Shown here piece by piece: positions 43,193 to 54,039 of a stretch of 64,000 nt of DNA. The position numbers and the translations under genes are program-made. This DNA comes from Phoronis australis (taxonomy: Eukaryota; Animalia; Phoronida). Below the pieces are notes generated by a model. The model was given only the letters and a program-made list of their open reading frames with translations. It was not told the origin of the DNA and searched no databases. Where the stretch lies: NCBI GenBank assembly GCA_002633005.1, contig NMRA01000094.1, positions 247,170 to 311,169 on the forward strand, read 5' to 3'. Position 1 is the first letter of the stretch. Every line of letters starts with the position of its first letter.

Positions 43193-43284
43193 TACAATGA
43201 CAGCTCCACATACTTTTAACAGTTATTGTTGCTGTATTCAGGCCATTCAGAGTTTTTGTCCAAGCTTCAGTGTAAATTAAGCAC

Positions 43285-43570
43285 CATGCCCATAGTAAAT
43301 GTGGTTTACCTGGTGAACTGTGACGATTGCCACGAGTTTTACGTTGGCATGACCACTCAAATTTTGCATCATATACTGGCTGAACACAAGAACAACATCA
43401 ACAGTGTCCTGTGAAGTCATTCTCTCAAAACTGACCACAGTTGTAGGGTTTCTGAGGTCGAGGTTCTTGATCACGACAATAACTGTGTCAAACTCTTAAT
43501 CAGTGTGACTATTCACATAAAGGCCATCCATGCTGAGAGGACACTCAATAGGAATGTTGGAGTTGTGGAA
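43285..43570 (+). mobile_element. Old Penelope-like element 3' remnant (GIY-YIG endonuclease)
   Basis: NVVYLVNCDDCHEFYVGMTTQILH..LAEH, followed by a degenerate ..IHIK...TLNR. The probable 3' UTR resumes after 47391 with a decayed hammerhead-like motif (cccgacgatga...aaaac). Confidence 0.7.
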
Positions 43571-44222
43571 TAGTTTTTATTCGGCTGATTTTGTGTTATG
43601 CACTATGATGTGACTAGAGCATTCTAACCATAGACATCTTCATACTATAGACCGGGCGCACACGCTAGTGCGGATGACAACTTGACGTCATATTGGAGAG
43701 TGCTACTAGTCACATGACACGGCTAATTGCCGTGTAAACGAACGGGGTAATTTGTCCTTCTCAAAGCGCGATATCTAACAAATAAAGAGGCCGAAGAGTG
43801 TTATTTTTTCCAGAAATATACAAAAACATGTGATGAAGCACTTACATGCGTTTATTAAGAGTTAATCAGTCGATAAGGAAAATACCAAACTATTAGGAGA
43901 TGGCAATTGAGTGGTAGATTGTAGAGTGGCCTGAGTGGCTGCACAATGATGCCTGTCAATCCACTGCAAGTGTTTTATTTCATTTTTTTTCAAGAGAAAC
44001 CACTAAGATCTACCCAAATTTATCATTTAATCCATGTCGCTCGATGCAAATATATTATATCAAGGAGACGTGCCACTCACTCAGGATGTACTTTCGTGGT
44101 GCCCCAAAAAGCCTTTTCACTGAGTGTTGAACAATGACCGCAAGTAACTTTGTAAAATTAAAATATGACCCGGGTCGCTTTTAACGGAGTCTAAATTTCA
44201 AGAAAACAACAACGGTTTTAAA

Positions 44223-44270
44223 ACTTGACATGTTTCGGTGTCATTTATTAAACACCATCCTCAGAAGTCA
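44223..44270 (-). ncRNA. Minimal hammerhead ribozyme (inverted 5' copy)
   Basis: Reverse complement reads gactt-CTGAGGA-tggtgtt-taataaat-gacacc-GAAA-catg-TC-aagtt. Confidence 0.75.
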
Positions 44271-45989
44271 TAATACAGTGGCCACTTAGCAAGGCCCAGA
44301 GAGATTTAGCAAGAAAATATGAAGATATTGAAACCAAGGAGTTGCGCAGACTAGAAAAACTTGCGGTCAGAGAGCAGAAGGCTAATCAGGACATCAATTT
44401 TCTTAAGAACTGTCGGGCTCTTGGAGTGTTCCCTAAATTCTTGTGCTTTCGTTTACCCAATACATCACCTCATGATGTTCATGCCATCAGGAAAAGACTT
44501 CTGAGGAGCGCAATCACAAAAAGGGAGAAAGAAGCAAGAACTATACGGCGAGATAAGAACAAACTATTAGAAACACTAAATAAATCAATGACACCCATCG
44601 ACATCTGCATCCTGAACCGACGTATTTCCCGTAATGTTGAAAAGGCAAGAATCAGAACCATCAAAGTGCATTAAAATAAGCTCAAGAAGCTGATCCGTAA
44701 CACGGTATTGCCTTTCACTCCCGATGAGGTCATCAAAAATTTGTCTTCGGTTAGACTCACTGATGAACAAATGGATGTTCTGAAAAATGGCTTATCTATG
44801 TCAATTTGTCCACCGACTATTAAGAAGTCTGATGTAGCTGTATGTTTTGAGCTTATACACGATGCTATGAAAGAAAAACTTCTGGACCCTACTAAAGAGA
44901 CTGAACTGAAGGCTGATTTAACAAGATTGGCATCAACATATGTGTCGTCATACAGACCATCTTGGAGTGATTTGAGACAGTTTAAGGTGATCAAGGAACT
45001 GCGAAGAAACGAAAACCTAGTGATAATTAGACCCGATAAGGGAAATGGTGTAGTCATTTTAGATCGCAATGATTATGTCAATTCTTTGAATGAAATTTTG
45101 AGTGATGTATCGAAGTTTAGACGTGTCAAAGCAGATCCTACACTAACTAGAGAAGGACAGGGTACCTCAGTGATAACATCAGTATTTCATAAGAAGACCT
45201 ACACAGGACTGTACACTTATTTTCATAGTTTCACATCCTTTGTTTATAAAGTAGGTCTCATTAAAACTCTAATAGACAGGGTATATCGTATTTACAACAC
45301 TTGGGCTAGATTTGATTCTAATATCAAAGAACTTACAACGAATTTGCAAAAGAATGGCTATCCCTTAGAATTTTTTAGTCAATAGGGTACTGAAAGCAAG
45401 ACTCCAACGTAACCCTGATGATGTTCATCCTGTAGACAAAACTAACTACAAGTACTTTAAAATACCCTATGTTGGGTTTTACGCCAAAATTGCTCAACGA
45501 AAACTCAACAAATTGGTGAATGATTACTGTGTGCACTTAAGAGTTGTATTAACATTCAAATCTCTAAAACTGTCGAGTTTATTTAACCCTAAGGACAAAA
45601 TTTCTATGGGTCTACGGTCCAAGGTAGTATACAAATTCATCTGTGCTGGATGTGGCTCCAGGCAAAACTGTTCGCCATTTGAAAACCAGGACCAAGGAAC
45701 ATCTAAATTCTGACAGTAATTCACATGTAAATATTCACCTACAGAGCTCCAATCATTGTTATCAGCAGTGCTCTTTCAATGACTTTGCAATGATAGACCA
45801 GGCAGTAACAACAAAGGAGCTTAAAATTCGTGAGGCTTTACATATCAGTTGGTGCAAGCCCAATCTCAATAGGCAACTGACACACCACAGGTTGTCATTG
45901 TTGGTCTAGTTCATTGTCACTCCCTGTAACTGACTCTATCTGTGTTTCATTACTTGTTGCTGGGCCTAGCTAGGTGGCCACTGTATTAT

Positions 45990-46037
45990 GACTTCTGAGG
46001 ATGGCGTTTAATAAATGACACCGAAACATGTCAAGTT
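45990..46037 (+). ncRNA. Minimal type-I hammerhead ribozyme in the Penelope 3' repeat
   Basis: gactt-CTGAGGA-tggcgtt..gacacc-GAAA-catg-TC-aagtt: core boxes, stems I and II, and the palindromic stem III typical of Penelope-like elements. Confidence 0.78.
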
Positions 46038-46591
46038 TTAAAACCGTTGTTGTTTTCTTGAATGTATGCTGTTACTTGCTATCATGGAGTCTAAATTTAA
46101 TGTGAACTACTGTGAAAAGTGACCTCATTGGGGTCATATAAATAATTGACAGGTTTTTACAGTTCATAGGGGCGTTCTCCCGTTCTGTGACTTTAACAGA
46201 CGTACAACCGTTGTGAGCGTGTGATAGTCTTAACTTCGATTGTATAGTTGGGCAGTTTTGGTGGTTCAAAAACTTTAAGCATGACCAGTATTTGATGGGA
46301 AATTCAGAAATATCATTGGTTTATGTTCAAACATTTTATAACTTAACTTATTTTTAACACCACAGCCCAGTGAGTCAATAAGATATGATCTTATTGGAGA
46401 TTAGAGCAACTATTGAACAAATGAGAGCTTTCACTCCCTAATTGCGGCATAAATTGAGAAAGCAAGATTTCCCTTGCCAAGCGTTACTCAGGTGACCCCA
46501 GACCTAAACATCCATGTATCGAACATTGTTGAAATATCGCCAATTGCGGGTATCGTGTCTGCTTATCCCAACCCCCTGTTGTGGAGGAACC

Positions 46592-47015
46592 CAGTGGCGG
46601 ATTTAGAGTGGGGCCAAGACCCCCTAAAATTCTCCCAGATTCCATTTGGCAGTTCGGGGGTGTGAAAGTCCGACGGGCAAAATCCTGGGTAATACATGTG
46701 CACACACAGGGGGAAGGGGATCAGGGGGCTTAAATAAGCCCCCCCCCCCCATTTTACCATGTCGGCAAAAAGGTCCTTCTTAGAGAAACAAAAAGTCTGA
46801 GAAAACAAGACAAAAGTCCACAGGAATTCGTCGCGAAAGGAACAATGCACGGGGTTAAACCTAGTACCCCGTTTTTAAGTACTCGTCTTATTGTTCCAGT
46901 AAAAGGTCCACATGACCACGAAATTCGAGTCTCCCCTCTATATTTTAGGCTGGGTGCGCACATGTGATCCTCTGCCTTGGCCCCCCCCTAAATAAAAATT
47001 CTGGATCCGCCCCTG
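46592..47015. mobile_element. hAT-like MITE (CAGGGGCGGATC-type TIR)
   Basis: gaacc|cagtggcggatttag...ctggatccgcccctg|gaacc, 5-bp TSD. Confidence 0.7.
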
Positions 47016-48329
47016 GAACCATTGAATAATGGCGCGACGGTTTTCACAGACATGAGGTCATTTTTCATGGGCAAAAAAATCTTCACATTAAATTCAGACC
47101 CTGTGAAAAAAATAGCCGGGGTCATTTTTCACGGGGTCATTATTTAATGCTACACCGGCTCGGTTGGGTGTAGAGCATAAAAACCTAGTGGCAGCACCAC
47201 TAAGCTCCATGGCCAAACCAAAAAACCCATGACTCAAAGGCAGGACCAAAAAACTTAACTGTTTGGCTGCAAGCATAACACTGCGAGCCCGCCTTTTTTG
47301 TCCTGTGTAGCAATCTCCAATATGGTGTCATAATGACAACACGAGCTGCATGTATCTGAGTGGCGCGTGCCCGGTCTATGTAATGTCTGTGATTCTAAAA
47401 GTATTCTGTTGTCTGAATATAGTACCCGACGATGACATTTGACTAATATTAAAAACAGTGTTCCAGCAGCACTCTAATGTTATTTTTGTTATTTACTTCT
47501 TACAAGGTATACCTACATTTGATTGTGGGTTGATTCAGTCATGACTGAATCATTTTTGAGCCAGTACCAGATTTCAAATTTAAATGCTCTCGCTTTTCTT
47601 CCGAGAAATTCCAAATATTGAAAGGCAACAAAAATTAAGATAGGGAATATTTCATTTTTAAATCCTAATTTAGAATACGGTAATAACTAGACGTTTATTG
47701 TACAAATGCCCTTCAGCAAAGATATGGCTATTATTAGAAATAAGAATTTTCAATGCTATCGAAGTCTGTTGCGTGCAGGTTTCAATATAAATGCAAATAT
47801 GTGACTGAATTTTTCACTTATTTTAAGGAAAGGGCCTCGGAGAATGAATGGGATATTCAACGGAAGATCGAAAGATGATTCAAATCCACACCCGATTCTG
47901 GTAAAATGAACTATTTGAACGACCCCTCTCAGGGAATGCACACCAACAACCTATGAAAGGACTGTTAGAAGAACATAGAGCCACTGCAATGGGAGCCTGA
48001 ATCAGAATACAAAATATATTAATCAAAAAGTTCATAGAGTTGGTGTTTGATTTGTATTCTATGAATCATAACACCCACTGAAGGTCTAGAATTGAGCATG
48101 ATGAAATGAGATTAAAAATTGAAATTCACAACTGTACAATGGTTCCACAGTAACTATAGAGGGTAAATGTAATGACGGTGTACACACGTGTATACGTACG
48201 TCCATCAGTGAGACATCATGAGCGACAAGTTTACGCATCCTATCATTCACTGCACACACCTGAAAGAAAAAATGATGATTTGTCAGACTACGATGACTAA
48301 AATTTCATTTCTAATAGATAAAAAGGTAC

Positions 48330-48619
48330 AGATTGTCCTCTGCCGCCTTGTCATGTGCAAATATCTATTAAGTCAAAATTGATTTTCTGGTTGAGACACT
48401 GTTAACAAGGTAAACGTAATCAAATCTGATTGGTGTCTGGACACCAAAATCTAAAGTTTACTTCTTCAAATAAAGACTCCTGGTAATCTGTCATCAGCTT
48501 CATAGGAGCACACCCACCAAGTTTCAATCTGATCCTGTAAAGTGTTTAGGAGATACAGCGGACAGACGAGACAAAGATGGCGATATGCACCCACAAGCAT
48601 ATGTGTGGGCACATAAAAA
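48330..48619 (+). mobile_element. Short HINE/DINE-like 3' fragment
   Basis: gatcctg..tttaggagatacagcggacagacg..atgcacccac..gtgggcacataaaaa, same 3' end as at 24010 and 38679. Confidence 0.6.
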
Positions 48620-48833
48620 TTACTTCTCAGCTGACTAAGGAACATGTCAAGACCTTTTATAGTTGTAAGTAATCTAAGTTTCCTCTATGGAACACTCAGG
48701 TTTATTGTCACCTTAATTCTGTTGTGTTCTGTGGCCCATACCATCCTACCCTAATCACACATGGTCGTGTTCCATGGCCCAGACCACCCTACCTTAATCG
48801 CTCATGGTCGTGTTCCATGGCCCATACCACCCT

Positions 48834-49343
48834 CGGGGCTTGGAATGACGAATGACAAAAAACGCGGAAACTTTGAAACTTTTACGGCCCAAATCATGCC
48901 CGATAACCAGCCTTGAAATGGTCAATGTGAACCTTTCCCCGACAAAAATCGGGAGGACTAAAAAAAAAAAAAACGTTACCACCATCAGTAGCATGCGTCT
49001 GCGTCCTTTTAGCTCGCCCGTCCACTCCCAACCCACACATTTTTGGCTGCAGAGCGGTAGTATTTGTCACCGCGCTTAACAATAACACGAGACGCCATTG
49101 AAAATCCAACCACGCTGTCCCAGATGCCCCGGCAATGTTGACAATTTACGTTCCTCCGAAACATAAAGAGCAACTTCTGCTTTTCGAAGTGAACGTCGTC
49201 TGCAACACCGCGGTAAGAAAGGAATTTGCCGCGGAAATTTTATATCAAATCCAATTTTTTTACGCGGAAATATTATAAAAAAAGCGGAAAGCACATTTGA
49301 AAAAAGCGGAAATCCGCGTTTCCGCGGAAAATTCCAAGCCCTG
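48834..49343. mobile_element. hAT-like MITE with 6-bp TSD inside a ~44-bp tandem repeat
   Basis: caccct|cggggcttggaat...attccaagccctg|caccct; subterminal gcggaaa repeats. Confidence 0.8.
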
Positions 49344-50648
49344 CACCCTACCCTAATCGCACATGGTCGTGTTCCATGGCCCATACCACCCTACCCTAAT
49401 CAACCCTACCTCGTACTGAGAGTAGTTTCTTTTGCAAATTTAAAACTAACTTTGGTGTGGATAACTGAACAAAAGTAAACATTTATTTGAGATAGTTATA
49501 GTTATAGTTATAGTCGTCGCTTACAACGAAATCTCCTGAATAAACACTTTTAAGTGACAGTGTTTTACATTCAAGAAATTTTTTAGAAGTTTGAAACCTT
49601 AGAATGACCAGCAAATTGCAGAGAACAAACCTTCTGTATGCAAGCTGATGCTCGGCGGAACATAAAGAAATGAAGATTGTCCACAATATGTCCACATATT
49701 GTATCATCAGGTAAACTAGGTGTAATGGGCAACTGAATAATGTCTGAATGACCATACATGTTCACGTCCAAATATGGAATCAGATCCATGCGCTGATAAT
49801 CAGCCAATCCTTTTCCGAACCATTTCCACATGAAGTATTTGGCGCAGAAGTCTTTACGAAGGAACTTGCCGAATTTGGCAATACCACCACTGAAGACGAA
49901 ACGTTCACAGGCTTCCTGATGTTTTTCAACAAGAATTGAAATGATATTCACTGCTTCATAAGTGACTAGGGCATCTTTTTCACCTAAAAAATATGACATC
50001 TGACAGAAAAAATCCCACAAAATAGAGTGAACGTAAAACATCAGTGACAAAATACATGAACAGCATAACATCTTTACCATATTTAGAAGGGAACAATTTG
50101 TAAAATCACACTCTGCAAGGACTGACTCATAACCAGGGTGTATGTATTGGTAAACTTGAAGCACACGAGAACTCAATACACAGAAACTCTGACAACGAAT
50201 TAGGCCAGAGACTGATCTATTTATGATTAATGTAACTACCCTCCAGCACACTTACCATCTGCAAATGGCATGCAAGTTTCTATGATATCTGACTTGACAA
50301 TTTTATCAATAGTCTTCAAGTCCATTTTAGAAGCTGAAATAATAAGTACAAAGTGGCGAATCACATTCATGACGTGGTAGAACGTGCTTTTCCATGGAAG
50401 TTCCACAATGGGATCAGCCTTAGTCTTGATATTGTCGATGTGCCAGTCCATGGGAAGCCGTAATACTCGTAACAATCCACTGCAGAGAGCGGGATCATAC
50501 AACTCCTGGATAAACTCACTCTTCTTCATTGCAATGTTTTTCTGTAGAAAAAGACGTGACAGTGGATCATCAAACAGAAGACCGTGGGTAAGTTTATCAC
50601 TAGAAGGGGCAGTGTGGCTTAGTGAGATAAGAAAGTTTATCACAAGAG

Positions 50649-50790
50649 GGGGCAGTGTGGCTTAGTGGGAGAAATGTACATTTCCTTCACTAAAGGTCAT
50701 GGGTTCAAGTCTCTGGGACACGCTGCTCGACCCTTGAGTCAGATCTCTAGCTCCTCAGCTCAGTTTTAACTCTATATTAATAAAGCATAA
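50649..50790 (+). mobile_element. tRNA-derived SINE fragment
   Basis: A-box tggcttagtgg, B-box ggttcaagtc, downstream cccttgag; the head is duplicated at ~50606. Confidence 0.55.
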
Positions 50791-51076
50791 GAATGGCTGC
50801 ACATGATCACTGTAATGAGTGCACACAGCCAAGCAAAGTCTTCAGCAATAATGAACTGTGAGCTCTCTGAAAGACTAAAAATCTCTTCTCCGTGAAGAAC
50901 AAGTCGACATCAATTGTACAGCAGTAAGTGGTATAAATCAAAAGTTAGTTTCTTCGATTGAACACATTTTTATTGGCCCTGCAACATTTGTTATTTGGCA
51001 ATTTGGCAGCGGGCCAGTAAAAAAAAAACATCAAAGTGGGACAAAGAGATTTTAGCAGAGTACAGGGAACTATTTG

Positions 51077-51841
51077 ATGTTATTTGCAAAAAAGCTTCTA
51101 GACAGATGAATGCCTTGTTCCGACTTCGAAATGTTTTAGGCATTAACAGTAAGCTTAAGTTATATTAAGCATTTATAAGATCCCATTTAAATCACTGCCC
51201 CCTCATTTGGCACCTATGTGGAATACAGAAAAGTAGAAAAATGGAAAAGATACAACACCGTGCTTTAAAATTTGTGTTCAATGACAGCGAGTCCAGCTAC
51301 TCACAACTCTTAGTTAAGGCTAGGAGCTGCTCTCTAACTAGTTGGCGGATGAAATGCTTATCTATTGAAGTATTCAAAAATGTTCATATTATTGGACCCT
51401 GTCCTTTGTCAGGAAAGCTTGAATTTAGAGTCTGGATACGGTCTCAGAGGTGAAAACTGTCTCTATGTGAAACGCTTTAATACGATGACTTACGAATGTT
51501 ACTCAATCTCCCATAAAGGTACTTTGCTGTGGAACTCATTGCCATCAGTAATGAGACAATGTACTACCTTAAATGAATTTGCCACTCTTGCTCATGATTT
51601 TTCTCCGAGATCTGCTCTTGTGAAAACTGCTATGGATGCCTACACGCTCCGTAACATGTATGTGTACTTTTGTATTTACATTTATGTTTAAGTTCTGTAT
51701 ATTCTCCGTACTGTAAAATTAGCTAGTATTTTAGTTCTGTTCATTTTGTAGATTTTAAATCTGCCGGATAATAGCACTTGTGCTAATGTTTCATTGTTAA
51801 GGTTCACCGACTTTTAAATAAAGATTATTACTACTACTATT
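51077..51841 (+). mobile_element. 5'-truncated CR1/L2-clade LINE (RT C-terminus plus 3' UTR)
   Basis: AFIRSHLNHCPLIW..MEKIQHRALKFVFND..LLWNSLP; AATAAA then a (TAC/TAT)n tail; candidate TSD actatttg at 51069-51076 and 51842-51849. Confidence 0.85.
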
Positions 51842-52734
51842 ACTATTTGGGATGGAAAGCAAAGTTATAATCTTCCCAGCTTTGTTCAAACATCGATGCT
51901 TGCTGGGAATTTTCTAAAGTTTCTTTACCTGTAGCAAAAATTTGGTAACAAACAGCATGTGTATAACTGTTGCTGGTTATCAACAAACATTGAAGGAAAG
52001 TTTTAGGTTTGCTCACATTTCAACTACACAGTGTATACTGCTACAAGTGACTCGAGACACAAGAGCAGATGAGTATAGATCATCAATTCCATTTTCTTCT
52101 TTTCTTTCATGGTGCCAATCTAAAAATTAGCCTGAATGGATATTTTTTCTAATCGGCACTTCGCAAAATTCATTACCCCAGTCAAGACACATTCTCTCGA
52201 CCAAGAGGAATTTTTTCTTGATTGGGGGCTGGGGCCTCAGCAAGTTTCCCACATCGGCCCTCCCAAGACATCGGGTGAAACTCTCACTCAAACTACTAGA
52301 ACCTGCTTAACTGTACATTAACTTACAGATGCTACTGCATAAAAATTGCTACAAATGTAACTCAGTTGCTGAAAATTCAAAGTAATCTTTTTCTTCAGGA
52401 TGTCATCTCGTCCCAGAACCAAGAGAAATACTTTAAAGTCACAGTGTTCGCCAGTCAAATGTTGGCATAACTCAAGGCCTCTGCGTTTGCGTTCTTTCCA
52501 TGCGATATCTGGTTGGCTAAAGATTACTAGAAATTCGTCATCAGAAACCATGTTAAGGTTCAAGTTGTGAATAATAACAAACGAGAACTTCGTTAAATAA
52601 CAGGAATTTCACTCGACACGTTGTCCCATCATAGACTGTACGAGTGTCTATTGTACCATCTGGTTCATGTCGTGCGTGAACTTGTGAATTGTGAGCTTGG
52701 AATGAGTCCCAGTTCAGGCGTGTGAACTTGAGGT

Positions 52735-52967
52735 CTTGCAAGCTTTCGCGACATCTAGATAAAGTTCAGTAGATGTCTCGCGGCTGAGAAAAATCTAACC
52801 AAAATCACGTGCTCTTATTAGAAATACGCGGCAATATCACGCAAAATCTCGCGAGGTCTTACTTTTTTAACGAGGTCCCAGGGTTAGTCCTAGTGTGACG
52901 CGGACGCCGCAGGGTGCACCGCACAACGGTAGGGACTTCAGTGTGAGTTGGTTTGCCGCCGGTAAGT
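52735..52967. promoter_or_regulatory. CpG-rich putative (bidirectional) promoter
   Basis: Clustered CGCG-type motifs (tttcgcgac, tctcgcgg, tctcgcgag) upstream of the minus-strand ATG exon; a plus-strand donor ccg|gtaagt at ~52961. Confidence 0.4.
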
Positions 52968-53561
52968 GGCTTTTGTTTTGATTATTTTTACAGTGTGTTC
53001 CGTAAGTTATCATAGACGTCCCAATTAACACTAAGCAATTTTTAGAATAGGCCTATACAAAGCAAAAGTAGGCCTACCTTTATCAGCCGTTCGACATGAC
53101 TCTTTAAATGTAGCAAAAAGAAATCTTCATCCACAACAAAACCCTGTTATCATGCAGTGACTACGACCAATTTTTATTTGATATAAACGTTGAAGGTGAA
53201 ATTTCAAAAAAAAAAAACACCGTCACGGTTTTATGAAATATAATTTCCTCATTTCGTCATTTTTATGTAAGTTTCGTTGTTTTTTTTCAAAATCATAAAC
53301 CTCTTTTTTTTGATATCCTTAAGGTGAAGCATTTCAAAAACCATTTCTAACAGCATTTTGGAGAACTGTCTATGAAGTATAGTACTTAACAGCGTTTTGG
53401 AGAACTGTCTATGAAGTATAGTATTTTACAGCGTTTTCAGGATGAAGCACGGTATCAGACGTTTCCTGAGAATCCAATAAAACCGTTTTTGAAATATCGA
53501 AGTTTTCTAGGGTCCTTAAAAGACTTCAGTAGGTAACCACCTTAGTAAATCCACTGATTTC

Positions 53562-53768
53562 CAAGTGGTCTCAGTCAGACATACTAACATCAAGTGGTCT
53601 CAGTCAGACATACTAACATCAAGTGGTCTCAGTCAGACATACTAACATCAAGTGGTCTCAGTCAGACATACTAACATCAAGTGGTCTCAGTCAGACATAC
53701 TAACATCAAGTGGTCTCAGTCAGACATACTAACCTCAAGTGGTCTCAGTCAGACATACTAACATCAAG
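53562..53768. repeat. Minisatellite, 29-bp unit x7
   Basis: caagtggtctcagtcagacatactaacat repeated. Confidence 0.95.
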
Positions 53769-54004
53769 TTTATATACAAAGTAGGAATGTCCACTTAAAT
53801 TACTCAAGAGTATTGAAAAACACAGAGTATTATATACATATTACGAAAATAATTAAATTATTATTGCGTTTATAAGGCCCACAGGCTTGTATAGCATGTT
53901 TTATGGCTAATTGAAATGTGCTAACGCCTCTATAAGTGGACAGTTGAGCAAAATTATATTTTTTGACAAAATCCATAATGGGCGCATGAGCTCAGTGTGA
54001 GCAC

Positions 54005-54039
54005 CATAGACATCACACTATAGTATTATGATGTCTATG
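54005..54039. mobile_element. 35-bp hairpin micro-transposon with 8-bp TSD
   Basis: gtgagcac|catagacatca-cactatagtatta-tgatgtctatg|gtgagcac. Confidence 0.75.

Larger units (their letters stand above)
44199..46085 (+). mobile_element. Penelope-like retroelement with RT core deleted, inverted terminal repeats and 13-bp TSD
   Basis: N-terminal FLKNC..GVFPKFL motif; pre-RT segment IIRPDKGNGVVILDRNDY; thumb segment FHKKTYTGLY..FHSF..YK..LI.TLIDR; GIY-YIG (VVYKFIC..C / GKTVRHLKTR.KEH / LKIREALHI..KPNLNRQ). TSD ggagtctaaattt at 44186-44198 and 46086-46098. Stops and frameshifts present. Confidence 0.92.
43629..47391. mobile_element. P-like non-autonomous element (CAT...termini, 8-bp TSD) hosting nested elements
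   Basis: attctaac|catagacat...atgtctgtg|attctaaa; inner inverted blocks tagaccgggc/gcccggtcta and catattggaga/tctccaatatg. Confidence 0.65.
47500..52551 (-). pseudogene. Multi-exon gene for an uncharacterised alpha-helical (possibly ARM-like) protein, probably decaying
   Basis: Exon-like blocks: 52551-52327 (ATG..., donor gtaagt); ~50598-50256 (G|gtaagt); 49983-49631 (ttttag|GT GAA..AAG|gtttgt); 48259-48200 (tttcag|VCAVNDRMRKLVAHDVSLMD|gtacgt). The last three are phase-compatible. Neighbouring exon-like blocks (~51930-52119, ~50800-50978, ~47500-47997) need frameshifts or contain stops. Confidence 0.5.

Noticed and set aside
42807-43211. 25-aa repeat ORFs on both strands
   Set aside because: 75-bp minisatellite with near-identical units and no synonymous-site bias.
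50649-50720. Possible tRNA gene (also tRNA-like pieces at ~4500-4570 and ~31560-31620)
   Set aside because: A/B boxes present but no cloverleaf; SINE-like.
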